A stretch of 64,000 nt of DNA from an uncultured Ignavibacteriales bacterium (GTDB lineage: Bacteria; Zixibacteria; MSB-5A5; GN15; JAAZOE01): the NCBI GenBank assembly GCA_964611355.1, contig CAZSYD010000009.1:1-64000 (forward strand), given 5' to 3'. Shown here piece after piece: positions 19,137-28,602 of this stretch. The notes beneath the pieces are model-generated. The model worked only from the letters and a program-made list of their open reading frames with translations, had not been told where the DNA came from and searched no databases. Made by a program: the position numbers and the translations under genes. Every line of letters starts with the position of its first letter. The stretch's first letter is position 1.

Positions 19137-19616
19137 ATGAAAATCGTTACGTCAAGATTCGGTGAACTTGAGGTTCCTGAGGAGCTGGTAATCAAAATGA
19201 CAAAACCGGTTCTGGGCTTTGAGATGCTGCGGAAATACGTGATTGTTGAAACCGAGGATTTTGAACCGTTTAAATGGTATCAATCAATTGACGATCCCGA
19301 GGCCGCTTTTGTCATCGTCAATCCGCTCTTGTTTTTCCCCGATTACGCCGTAGAGGTCAATCCCAAAGAGATTGAGGAATTAGAAGTCAGGGATACCGGC
19401 GATATTGTTACCTACGCTATTGTCACCATCCCGGCCGACTATACCAGGATGACAGCTAATCTCCAGGGACCCCTTTTGATCAATACTCGAACAAGGATGG
19501 CCAAACAGTTGGTCCTGGTGAATTCCCGGTACGGGATCAGGCACCGGTTGTTCGAAGGCCGGATGATCGACCGACAGGATAAAAAGATCGCCAAAAAAGC
19601 GGCGGTACCGGTTTAG
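19137..19616 (+). CDS. fliW: flagellar assembly factor / CsrA antagonist FliW
   Basis: TSRFGE, WYQS, FVIVNP..FFPDY, TANLQGPLLIN. Confidence 0.93.
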   Translation: MKIVTSRFGELEVPEELVIKMTKPVLGFEMLRKYVIVETEDFEPFKWYQSIDDPEAAFVIVNPLLFFPDYAVEVNPKEIEELEVRDTGDIVTYAIVTIPADYTRMTANLQGPLLINTRTRMAKQLVLVNSRYGIRHRLFEGRMIDRQDKKIAKKAAVPV

Positions 19617-19638
19617 TTACCGGCTGATCCGGCTGCAG

Positions 19639-19658
19639 GCCGATGTTATCGGCGTTTT
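19639..19658 (+). terminator. possible weak terminator after fliW
   Basis: GCCGAT-gtt-ATCGGC followed by GTTTT. Confidence 0.4.
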
Positions 19659-19820
19659 GATATTGAAAAACCTAAGCAGGATGCATACCCGGAATGGATG
19701 CCGAAATTATTACCCCCCAGGTTTTTGCTCTTTATCTGAATCAGTTATATTTCTCGGCAGACCATAAATAGTCCCGTATGCATTCTCCAAGGCATTTCGA
19801 AAATCATAGATAGGCAGGCA

Positions 19821-21911
19821 ATGAAAAAGCGGAAAAAGACAAAAGCCAAACAAGGAAATATCAGATCGAAGTCAGCCGGCGAACTTCTCAAACAGGGACT
19901 GAAAACCCCGCCTTATTCGCACAATTTGAAAAGAATGGCGAATGACAACCAACGAGGGGCGACAATTTCGGTCTGCATGATTGTCAAAAACGAAGAAAAA
20001 CTCCTTCCCCGTTGTCTGAAATCAATTCAAAACCTGGCCGATGAGATAATCCTGGTCGATACCGGCTCGGAAGACAGAACTGTTGAGATTGCCGAAAGAT
20101 TCGGCTGCAGGATATATAATTATCCCTGGCGGGGTGATTTTTCCTCCGCCAGAAATGAATCGCTCAAGTATGCCGCCAAAGACTGGATATTTATCGTTGA
20201 TGCAGACGAGGAATTGGCGGCCGGGGAAATCGACAAGATTAAATATTTCGTCCGACAGCCAAATATCAACATTATCTCTATGTCCGTATTTAACGAGTCC
20301 CTTGAAACGGGGGAAGTATCGTCATTCCTGCCGTCGATCAGGCTGTTTCGGCGCAAGTTGGGATTCAAATACGAGGGTATCGTTCATAACCGTCTTGCCA
20401 TTTTGCCGGGATCCGCAGTGGCGCGCTGTAATATCAGACTCAATCATTACGGCTATGATCTTTCGCGGGACGAGTTGGAAAAGAAGCTGGCAAGATCACG
20501 GGCGTTACTGGAAAAACAAATAGGGGACAACCCCGATGACATATATGCCAATTTCAATATGGCCCAGCTTCTGCGCGGAACCAAAGAGGCTCACAGTCCG
20601 GAAACCAACCGACTTATCCTGGAACACGCCGGCCGAGTTGTAGAAAACCCGCAATCTCGATCGGAAAAATACTTCGGGCAATATATCATGGCCCACCACC
20701 AAATAGCCCTGGCCCACTTTAACTTGAAAGAGTATAACGAGGCCGAAAAATATTGTCTTAAAGCTCTGGAACTGAAGCCCGACTATATCGACCCGATGCT
20801 GACCCTGGGGAATACCTGTTGCGCCATGGAAAAACTTGATAAAGCCGGAGAGTATTATCATAAGTATCTGGAACATCTTCAAGCATATAACCCGGATGAT
20901 GAAACGCATAATATCATTATGATCTATCTCGAAAGCCGCCATATCGCTTGGTATGGTTTGGGTATTATTGCGGAAAGAGAAAGTGAGACCGATGAAGCTA
21001 TTCAATGTTTTCTTGAAGCCCTGAAAGCGCGTGATAACTATTTTGACAGCTACGTCAGGCTTGGCAGGCTGTACCTTGATAAAAAAGAACCGGCCCAGGC
21101 GGAACGAATGTTTGGTCGGCGACTTGAATGTGACAACGACTCGGCGGAAGCCCATTTCGGATTGGGAGAAGCTCTTTCGATGCAGGGCGATGAGACGAAG
21201 GCGTTGACGCATTTTAACCAGGCCGTCGAGCTGGCGCCGAATAATGCTCATATCCGTTTCCGGCTGGGCAAGACATTGGTAGGAGTGGGAAAATCGCGCG
21301 ACGGCATCGGTCATCTTATCCGGGCAACGGAGATAGCCCCGGGCGATCTTTCGATCCTTCTTGAGGCAGCCGGTATTTTGTTCGATTCGGACGAGGCTTC
21401 AAAGGCGGCCGATATCTATTTAAAAGCTTTGGAGATCAAGCCGGAACACGCTGACGCTCTTAACAATTTGGGCAATTGTTATTTCAGGTCCGGCGATTAT
21501 GAGAAAGCCGGTTCCGTTTATGAACGGATTATTGAAAGAAATCCGGGTTATATGCTGGCCTATCGAAACATGGGCCTCGCTTATGCCCGTCAGAACAAGA
21601 GGGGAAAGGCTCTTACGGTTTTAACCAAATACGCGGAAAATATGCCTGCCGATTTTGAGGTCTTTCGGGTTATCGGCGAGCTGTTCTCAACCATCGGGCA
21701 TTTTGGCGATGCAATCGGCTGCTACGAAAGATACCTGAAAAACTCCCCTTATGATCAGGCCTGCCTGCTGAATCTTGCCGAAGCTTATTATCACCTTGGT
21801 TTTGCAGATGCTGCCGCAGTGGGATACAAGCAGGTTTTGAATATTGACCCTTCCAGTAATCTGGCCAAAGAACGACTGGCCTCTCTTGCGCCTTCGGAGA
21901 AGGTCGTATAA
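19821..21911 (+). CDS. GT2 glycosyltransferase with TPR repeats, probable flagellin glycosyltransferase
   Basis: ISVCMIVKNEE, DTGSED, DFSSARN, DADE, HYGY, then multiple TPRs; adjacent to fliC. Confidence 0.9.
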   Translation: MKKRKKTKAKQGNIRSKSAGELLKQGLKTPPYSHNLKRMANDNQRGATISVCMIVKNEEKLLPRCLKSIQNLADEIILVDTGSEDRTVEIAERFGCRIYNYPWRGDFSSARNESLKYAAKDWIFIVDADEELAAGEIDKIKYFVRQPNINIISMSVFNESLETGEVSSFLPSIRLFRRKLGFKYEGIVHNRLAILPGSAVARCNIRLNHYGYDLSRDELEKKLARSRALLEKQIGDNPDDIYANFNMAQLLRGTKEAHSPETNRLILEHAGRVVENPQSRSEKYFGQYIMAHHQIALAHFNLKEYNEAEKYCLKALELKPDYIDPMLTLGNTCCAMEKLDKAGEYYHKYLEHLQAYNPDDETHNIIMIYLESRHIAWYGLGIIAERESETDEAIQCFLEALKARDNYFDSYVRLGRLYLDKKEPAQAERMFGRRLECDNDSAEAHFGLGEALSMQGDETKALTHFNQAVELAPNNAHIRFRLGKTLVGVGKSRDGIGHLIRATEIAPGDLSILLEAAGILFDSDEASKAADIYLKALEIKPEHADALNNLGNCYFRSGDYEKAGSVYERIIERNPGYMLAYRNMGLAYARQNKRGKALTVLTKYAENMPADFEVFRVIGELFSTIGHFGDAIGCYERYLKNSPYDQACLLNLAEAYYHLGFADAAAVGYKQVLNIDPSSNLAKERLASLAPSEKVV

Positions 21912-21960
21912 TCCGTTATTGTTCAGAAGATTAAAAAAACTTCCAAATAGCAAAAAAGTG

Positions 21961-21987
21961 TAAAGTCTCGGCATGTTTTGCCGATTT
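21961..21987 (+). promoter_or_regulatory. sigma28 promoter of flagellin
   Basis: TAAA-N15-GCCGATTT. Confidence 0.85.
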
Positions 21988-22016
21988 ATATCTACAGAGA
22001 AAGGCAGAAATATATC

Positions 22017-22175
22017 AAGGATGAACCGTTAAATGAGGAAAGGAGGATCGGAAGAAATATAATCGAATCAAAGCAGTTCGACTATAAATAGGACGATTGG
22101 CCATGGACAGGCAGCAACGGTAATCTTCAGCAAGCTTTTGCGGGCAGGGATGTCTCGCAAACCGCTCAAGGAGGA
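22017..22175 (+). promoter_or_regulatory. CsrA-binding sites in the fliC 5' leader
   Basis: Ten GGA motifs; hairpin 22137-22161 with CAGGGAUG apex; GCC-AUGGACA-GGC at 22100-22112; AAGGA overlapping the SD. Confidence 0.75.
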
Positions 22176-22182
22176 AACCTAA

Positions 22183-24345
22183 ATGTCACTCAGAATCAAT
22201 AATAACATTGCTGCCATTAATGCACATCGAAACCTGACGCTGACTACCCGCCAGCTTTCCAGTTCCATGGAGAAGCTGTCGTCAGGTTTCCGCATTAACC
22301 GCGCCAGCGATAACCCGGCTGGTCTGGTGATTTCAGAACAGTTCCGGGCTCAAATCTCAGGATTGAATCAGGCGATTGCCAACTCGGAAGGGTCAATCAA
22401 TATGATTCAGACCGCCGAGGGAGCTCTCAATGAAATCAGCAACCTGCTGGCGTCAATGAGGCAGTTGGCTATTCATGCGGCCAACGAAGGCTTTAATGAT
22501 ACCGATCAGTTGGCCGCCGACCAGGCGGAAATTTCCAACGCGATTGCCACCATCGATCGTATTGCTGCCAATACCCAGTTCGGCACCAAGAAGCTGCTTG
22601 ACGGCACGAAAGACAATATCGCTACCATCACCAGTTCGAATTCGACCGGAATTACCATCCTCAACAGTGGTATGGTGAACGGTTCGCACTCGATTCAGGC
22701 CACCAAAACAGGCGATTCGTCAGCCACCCTGAATACCACCTCGCTTGGAATTTCGCTGGCCGGTACCGCCGGCGACCCGTATAACCTGACCGAAGGCATT
22801 CATAATGTCGATGTTCTGCAAGCATCGGGTGCGGCCGAAAGATTGACCGGTTCCGTCGATATTACCGACGGCTTCGGCAACGGTTTTATCATTAACGCCA
22901 CCCAGGCTGCGGCTAAGCATGCGTCAGGTGGAAATCTGGTAACTGCCACAACCTCTTCGGCCGGTTCCTACAATGTCGTCCTGAACTATCAGGAGAACGG
23001 CGAAGCGGTAACCGGCGACCAGACCATTACCGTCGCCATCGCTTCCGGTGACCTCGCCGCGGCTCAGATCAGCAAGTGGAATACCGCCATCGGCAATAAT
23101 ACTGCTTTGGCCGGCAAGGTTGAAGCGGCCATAGAAACCGGTGCCCTGGTCTTCAGAGCCACCAATGTGGGGACACAGTATTCGTTGAAATTGACCAGCT
23201 ATGGAGGTGTTGATACGACCAACCTGTTTGGCGGTCTCACTGTTGCCAGCAACCGCGGCGCTTCCAATGGAGCCTTGAACTTTACAGTCAATACTGTTGC
23301 CAACGCGAATACCACGTCTGCTGTTACGATCACCGATGGTACCTATACGTCTCTTTCGGCGTTGATTACGGCCGCGAACACGGCCCTGACTACAGCTTTT
23401 GGTACTCTTGGTGCCAGTATCCAGGATATCACGGCGGTTGCTCAGGGTACCGACAAGGTCAATTTTTATAGCGCTGACGAAGGTTCGACCTACTCCATTA
23501 AGATGAATACGGTTGGTTCCGAAACTTACCGGCTTGAGAAAGCGTTAGGCATGACCGCCGACACTGTGGCTATTGCCGGTACGGACGCTATTGTCAGCTT
23601 TGATAATTATTCGACTTCGATCACGTCGGTCAAGTACCTGACCACCGGATCAACGACGCTGTATAACAAGGCTTCCGGAGAAACCGGTCAAGGGTCCATC
23701 GATTTGACCCTTGCCACGGCTCCAAACGGCCTTAATATTGGTAATCTGTTGTTGGATGTCACGGCGGCGAAGTTTGACGTTCGCCTTGACGCTGGCCCTG
23801 CCACATCAGTGACCGCCGGTAAGGACACTGTCCTGTATAATGCTGACCGCAGCCAATCGCTCAAGGTCAGGATGGGTCTGACTTCAACCGGCGGTACCGA
23901 GACGATTCAGAACACCGATTCGTCCCTGGTCTTCCAGATCGGCGCCAACGTCGGCCAAACGGTTAAGATCGGGGTCAAGAACATGGCGGCTTCCGCGCTG
24001 GGCCGCAACCTCGCCGGCAACATGTTCCTCAACCTGTCTCAAATCGACGTGACCACCGTCCAGGGCGCTCAAGATGGGCAGTCGGTTATCGACGCCACCA
24101 TTAATGAGGTTTCGACCATGAGAGGTACACTGGGAAGCTTCCAGAAAAACTCTCTGGAGTCGAACCTGAGAAACCTCAGGATCGCGTCACAGAACCTGTC
24201 TGCGTCGGAATCGAATATTCGTGACACCGACATGGCAAGTGAAATGTCGAATTTTGTCAAGTATCAGATTCTGTTGCAGGCCGGTACGGCCATGCTGGCT
24301 CAGGCCAACCAGGTTCCGCAGGTTGTCCTGTCGCTCTTTGGCTAA
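22183..24345 (+). CDS. fliC: flagellin, 720 aa
   Basis: SLRINNNI, EKLSSGFRINRASD, IQTAEGALNE, FQIGAN, IRDTDMASEM, MLAQANQVPQVVLSL. Confidence 0.97.
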   Translation: MSLRINNNIAAINAHRNLTLTTRQLSSSMEKLSSGFRINRASDNPAGLVISEQFRAQISGLNQAIANSEGSINMIQTAEGALNEISNLLASMRQLAIHAANEGFNDTDQLAADQAEISNAIATIDRIAANTQFGTKKLLDGTKDNIATITSSNSTGITILNSGMVNGSHSIQATKTGDSSATLNTTSLGISLAGTAGDPYNLTEGIHNVDVLQASGAAERLTGSVDITDGFGNGFIINATQAAAKHASGGNLVTATTSSAGSYNVVLNYQENGEAVTGDQTITVAIASGDLAAAQISKWNTAIGNNTALAGKVEAAIETGALVFRATNVGTQYSLKLTSYGGVDTTNLFGGLTVASNRGASNGALNFTVNTVANANTTSAVTITDGTYTSLSALITAANTALTTAFGTLGASIQDITAVAQGTDKVNFYSADEGSTYSIKMNTVGSETYRLEKALGMTADTVAIAGTDAIVSFDNYSTSITSVKYLTTGSTTLYNKASGETGQGSIDLTLATAPNGLNIGNLLLDVTAAKFDVRLDAGPATSVTAGKDTVLYNADRSQSLKVRMGLTSTGGTETIQNTDSSLVFQIGANVGQTVKIGVKNMAASALGRNLAGNMFLNLSQIDVTTVQGAQDGQSVIDATINEVSTMRGTLGSFQKNSLESNLRNLRIASQNLSASESNIRDTDMASEMSNFVKYQILLQAGTAMLAQANQVPQVVLSLFG

Positions 24346-24358
24346 TTGCTATCCGGCT

Positions 24359-24386
24359 TATCGGGGAGGGGATACCCTCCCCGATA
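24359..24386 (+). other. 12-bp perfect hairpin after fliC, no U-tail (stabiliser or partial terminator)
   Basis: TATCGGGGAGGG-gata-CCCTCCCCGATA. Confidence 0.75.
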
Positions 24387-24409
24387 GCTGAGAAAAGAGG
24401 TGAAGTATC

Positions 24410-24805
24410 ATGCAGTTGGAAGATATGAATTCGACTGCGGCCCACTATAACCCGGCGGCAAGCCTGGTTTGTGAACGAGCCCTACGAAGCGAAGTTCCGC
24501 AGGTTAAAAGGGGTGCCAATGATACTGTCGAGCCGGGAGTGGTTGACCGGATGGAAGAAATCGACGTGAATAAGAACGTTGACGCCGATGAATTGCAAGA
24601 AGCGGTACGGGAAATGAGAAAGTACCATGGATGGGGGAATTTCAACATAGATTTTGAGCGAGACGATGAAACAAACAGTTTGATCGTAAAGATTATCGAT
24701 CGAAATACCGGAGAGATATTAAGGCAGATTCCACCAGACCAGATATTGAAGATGAGGCATCATTTGCGTGAAGCGTTGGGTTTGGTTTTTGACTATATGG
24801 CATAA
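24410..24805 (+). CDS. flaG: FlaG protein
   Basis: VKIIDRNTGEILRQIPP and GLVFD; located between fliC and fliD. Confidence 0.9.
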   Translation: MQLEDMNSTAAHYNPAASLVCERALRSEVPQVKRGANDTVEPGVVDRMEEIDVNKNVDADELQEAVREMRKYHGWGNFNIDFERDDETNSLIVKIIDRNTGEILRQIPPDQILKMRHHLREALGLVFDYMA

Positions 24806-24838
24806 ATAGGATATCACTTTTAAACATGGGAGTTAACT

Positions 24839-27184
24839 ATGTCGGGACTGAATTCAATTGAGGGTTTGGCGTCGAATCTGAATACGACAGATATCATAAA
24901 CGCAACAATTACTTATGAACGCCAGCCGGCTGTCCTGATGGAACAGCGACAGGCCGAGATAACCAAAGAAATATCCACGTTCAATGCTTTGTCGGCAAAG
25001 CTCCTGGCGTTGGAAACCAGTATCAAAGTCCTCAACAGCAGGACCAAGTTCAGCCAGGCTTCAATCCTGGTATCAAATGAGAGCTTATTGACGGCCACGG
25101 CTGAGGATGCGGTCGGTAACGGGACGTATTCGCTGAATATACTCTCGCTGGCCGGGAACCATCAGATCGCCTCGCAGGGTTTCGATGACCCGACCGGGAC
25201 CGTCATGGGAACCGGCACAATAACCGTTGCTTTGGGGGATCAAAGCTCGACCGTAATAAATATCGACCAGGGAGATAACTCCCTGGTTGATATTAAAAAC
25301 GCCATAAACGACGCTAATACCGGTGTTACCGCCTCAATCATAAATGACGGTTCCAGCTCAAAGCCCTATCGTCTTGTCCTGACCGGTAACGAAACAGGTT
25401 TGACCAACAAGATTTCTTTCACCAGCTCTCTCGCGGGTGGACTGGATTTCGATTTTGAAAGTGCATCTTTTGATAATCCGGAGGAGTTGAATTTTTCCGC
25501 CCAGGCGACTTCGACCGTTTCGCTGGGCGCGACGGCCGGTTATACCGGCGCTACAAATAAAGCCTATATTTTTACCGTCGGCGGTAGCGGCACGCAAACC
25601 GTCGGCGATGGAAATATCACTATCAACTGGGTCGATTCGACCGACCCGGACAATTCCGGATCGATTATCGTCGATCAGGCGGATAAAATTATCGAGGGCG
25701 GCCCGGAAGGCCTTACGCTCACTTTTGGCAGCGGGGACCTGGTGGCCGGCGATACTTTTCAGTTAACCGCCTTCGCGCCTCTTCTGCAGCAAGCCTCGGA
25801 TGCTCAAATCTCGATCGGGTCCAGCGCAGGCGGCGCCTCGCCTATTGTTGTCAGTTCGGACACCAATCAGTTTGAGGATGTCATTCCCGGTCTGAAACTT
25901 GATATCAAGGGTGTTACCACCGAAGACAGCGGACCGGTAACCATTAAAACCGGAATGAACGTCGAGGGGATCAAGCAAAACATCGATTCGTTTATTTCCG
26001 CTTATAATGATGCCATGAGTTTTATCGACGATCAAAATAAGTACGACAGTGAAACCGAAGAAGCCGGCGTCCTGATGGGTGATCTGACCTTGATGACCAT
26101 ACAGTCTCGGCTGCACAACATGATTGCCGGTCGGGTCAAAGGGCTGGACTCCTCAATAAATACATTGTCCGGGGTCGGCATTCGCACGGGCGCCACGGGG
26201 CGGTTGTCACTGGTGGAACCGTCAAAACTCACCGAGGCACTCGAAGATGATTTCGAAGCCGTTCTCAACCTGTTTGTGGACAGCGGCTCTTCATCGACTA
26301 CCGGCATATTGTTTGTCAACGGCTCGTCCGAAATCGAAGGCGGAACAACTTTTAAGGTTGACGTTACGCAGGCCGCTACTCATGGTTATCTCGAAGGAAC
26401 AAGTCTTGACGATTTCGCCTCAGGGGGTCTTACTCTGACGGAAAACAGCAATAAAATTAAACTCCGGGTGGATGGATTGCTGTCCGAGGAAATAGTATTA
26501 AGCGCGCGGACATATTCCACAAGCAGCGATCTGGTAAGCGAGTTGCAGACAAGAATTAATGCCGACAAGAAAATCGGTGACCGCGGTTTACTGGTGAAAT
26601 GGCTCGACGAGGGCGGGAATAACGGGCACATAGAGATCGTCTCCTCTTCTTATGGTTCATTCTCAAAGATTGAGACTATCGCTTCGATTGCCAACAGTGC
26701 CTATTCCAAACTTGGCCTGGCTTCCGCCACGGTAATTACCGGCGACGACGTAGCAGGGACTATTAACGGAGAAAAGGCAACCGGAAAAGGCCAATTTTTA
26801 ACGGGAAATGAGGGTAATTCCACCACCGATGGTTTGAAGCTGCTAATCACGCTTGGTTCGTCGCAGATCGTCGATGGCGAAGAAGGTACGGTCACTTTTG
26901 CGAAGGGGGTATCCTCTATTCTGGGCGATGGTCTGGAGAGTATCACCAAATCAACCGACGGCGTTATTGGCCGCAAAACCGAAGGCCTGGAAAAAGAGGT
27001 TGAGAATATCAAGACTTATATAGAGGATTTTGACGAGCGCCTGATGCTTCGCCGCGAAAGATTGGAGAAGATGTGGGCGGATTTGGAAACGACCCTGTCT
27101 CTGCTCCAATCCCAGGGGGATTTCCTTACTACTCAATTAGAACAGATTTCCTCCAATATGTCATATATGGTCGGAGGGAAATAA
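24839..27184 (+). CDS. fliD: filament cap FliD, 781 aa
   Basis: GLASNLNT, GVTASIINDG..YRLVLT, IPGLKL, FISAYN, C-terminal coiled coil. Confidence 0.93.
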   Translation: MSGLNSIEGLASNLNTTDIINATITYERQPAVLMEQRQAEITKEISTFNALSAKLLALETSIKVLNSRTKFSQASILVSNESLLTATAEDAVGNGTYSLNILSLAGNHQIASQGFDDPTGTVMGTGTITVALGDQSSTVINIDQGDNSLVDIKNAINDANTGVTASIINDGSSSKPYRLVLTGNETGLTNKISFTSSLAGGLDFDFESASFDNPEELNFSAQATSTVSLGATAGYTGATNKAYIFTVGGSGTQTVGDGNITINWVDSTDPDNSGSIIVDQADKIIEGGPEGLTLTFGSGDLVAGDTFQLTAFAPLLQQASDAQISIGSSAGGASPIVVSSDTNQFEDVIPGLKLDIKGVTTEDSGPVTIKTGMNVEGIKQNIDSFISAYNDAMSFIDDQNKYDSETEEAGVLMGDLTLMTIQSRLHNMIAGRVKGLDSSINTLSGVGIRTGATGRLSLVEPSKLTEALEDDFEAVLNLFVDSGSSSTTGILFVNGSSEIEGGTTFKVDVTQAATHGYLEGTSLDDFASGGLTLTENSNKIKLRVDGLLSEEIVLSARTYSTSSDLVSELQTRINADKKIGDRGLLVKWLDEGGNNGHIEIVSSSYGSFSKIETIASIANSAYSKLGLASATVITGDDVAGTINGEKATGKGQFLTGNEGNSTTDGLKLLITLGSSQIVDGEEGTVTFAKGVSSILGDGLESITKSTDGVIGRKTEGLEKEVENIKTYIEDFDERLMLRRERLEKMWADLETTLSLLQSQGDFLTTQLEQISSNMSYMVGGK

Positions 27185-27185
27185 G

Positions 27186-27674
27186 ATGAAAACAGGGTGT
27201 AAGACATACGAGACAATTAACACCATGAGCATGTCGCAGTTGGATTTGATTTTGGCCGTGTATGGCGGAGCCATTGGTTATCTGGAACAGGCCAAAAAGG
27301 CCTTTGGCGAGAGTGATTTCAACAGCGGCCGAATGGCCTGCGACCGGGCCCGCAAATGCGTTGTGCATCTGTACACTACTCTGGATATGGATAGGGGGAA
27401 AGAGATCGCAAGGCATTTGGGGCATTTATATGCTTACATGATAGAACAGATCGACCTGGCCGTCGCCAGCAAGTCGCTGCAACGGATCGATGACGTTATC
27501 GGAGTCTTGAACACCCTGAAGGAAGGCTGGGAAGCTTTAAAGGGAAATCAGGAAAAAACAACCGCCGAGCCGGATCAGCCGCAGGTCCGGGTTCAAGAAG
27601 AGTTGCTCGAGGCGAACCCCTCCGGCCCACTGATGCCGCCTTCCGAAAGAAATCATATAACCGTTTCCGGATAG
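27186..27674 (+). CDS. fliS: flagellin chaperone FliS
   Basis: YGGAI, TLDMDRGKEIARHLGHLYAYM, LKEGW. Confidence 0.92.
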   Translation: MKTGCKTYETINTMSMSQLDLILAVYGGAIGYLEQAKKAFGESDFNSGRMACDRARKCVVHLYTTLDMDRGKEIARHLGHLYAYMIEQIDLAVASKSLQRIDDVIGVLNTLKEGWEALKGNQEKTTAEPDQPQVRVQEELLEANPSGPLMPPSERNHITVSG

Positions 27675-27689
27675 GATAGGATCAACCTT

Positions 27690-28142
27690 ATGGAGTATAA
27701 TGCAATCAGCAATTTGGAAAAGGAACTTTTACGAGTCCTGAAGGAAGAATATTCTTTCTATCAATCTCTTTATATCCTGATTGACAAACAGAAAGATTTG
27801 CTTAAATTTGATAAGGAAGAAAAGCTGCTCGATATTTATACAGAGGTCGAACGGTGCCATAAACGGATAATTGAATCCGAGAAAAAGATATCCACCCTTC
27901 GCCGGGATAATGCCAAGCTTTTCAACTTGGCCGCGTCGGCCCCCGAGATAAGAAAGGTGGCTCAGTGTATCATCACCCTTATTCGCAAGAACTTGGATAT
28001 TGTCCGTGAAAATGAAAGTTACGTGCTGAGTCGTCATGCCCGGCTTCAGGAGGAGCTAAAGGAGCTTCAGCGGTCGAGTAAATTAGTTAAGTACATAAAA
28101 GACTTGGAAATAGGGCCGCAATTCGTGGATAAGAAAAATTAG
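27690..28142 (+). CDS. FlgN/FliT-like helical chaperone
   Basis: Coiled-coil protein in the usual fliT position after fliS; ends FVDKKN. Confidence 0.6.
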   Translation: MEYNAISNLEKELLRVLKEEYSFYQSLYILIDKQKDLLKFDKEEKLLDIYTEVERCHKRIIESEKKISTLRRDNAKLFNLAASAPEIRKVAQCIITLIRKNLDIVRENESYVLSRHARLQEELKELQRSSKLVKYIKDLEIGPQFVDKKN

Positions 28143-28149
28143 TTTTTTC

Positions 28150-28177
28150 TAAAGAATCGGAATTTCACCGTCGATAG
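28150..28177 (+). promoter_or_regulatory. putative sigma28 promoter of flgM
   Basis: TAAA-N16-GTCGATAG. Confidence 0.7.
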
Positions 28178-28193
28178 GATTAATAGAGGTGAA

Positions 28194-28571
28194 ATGATGA
28201 AGATAGGACCTGTTGACAACCGGGGTCAGCCGTCCGGGGCGAATGACCAACAGAAGAGCAAGATTCAACCGGAATCCGGTTCGGAAAAACCAGGGCCGGA
28301 GCCTTCAGAAGATTCGGTGGAAATCTCCCGCTCAGCCAGGCTTATGTCCGAGCGGATTCGCTTGTCGGAGCAGTCGAACAGGACTGACAAGGCCGGCCGG
28401 GCGCCCTCGCGAGAAATGATTGAACGGGCCGAAGGCGCCGAATTAGACGAAACCGAGATTCGCCAGGATAAAGTTGAACAGGCCAAAAAAAGGGTCGAAT
28501 CCGGACATTATGACAAGCCCGAAGTCAGGGAAGAAATTGCGCGCCGGATAACCGATGATTTTGTTGGTTGA
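28194..28571 (+). CDS. flgM: anti-sigma28 factor FlgM
   Basis: DSVEIS..AR and IRQDKVEQAKKRVESGHY...IARRI. Confidence 0.9.
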   Translation: MMKIGPVDNRGQPSGANDQQKSKIQPESGSEKPGPEPSEDSVEISRSARLMSERIRLSEQSNRTDKAGRAPSREMIERAEGAELDETEIRQDKVEQAKKRVESGHYDKPEVREEIARRITDDFVG

Positions 28572-28602
28572 ATTACTCCAAGGGTGGGAGCGGCAGTAAT
28601 AT

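Noticed and set aside
19676..19707. GGA-containing hairpins and GCCGAAAT upstream of the GT2-TPR gene
   Set aside because: No -35 at sigma28 spacing, and the sites are over 100 nt from the start codon. Too weak to call.
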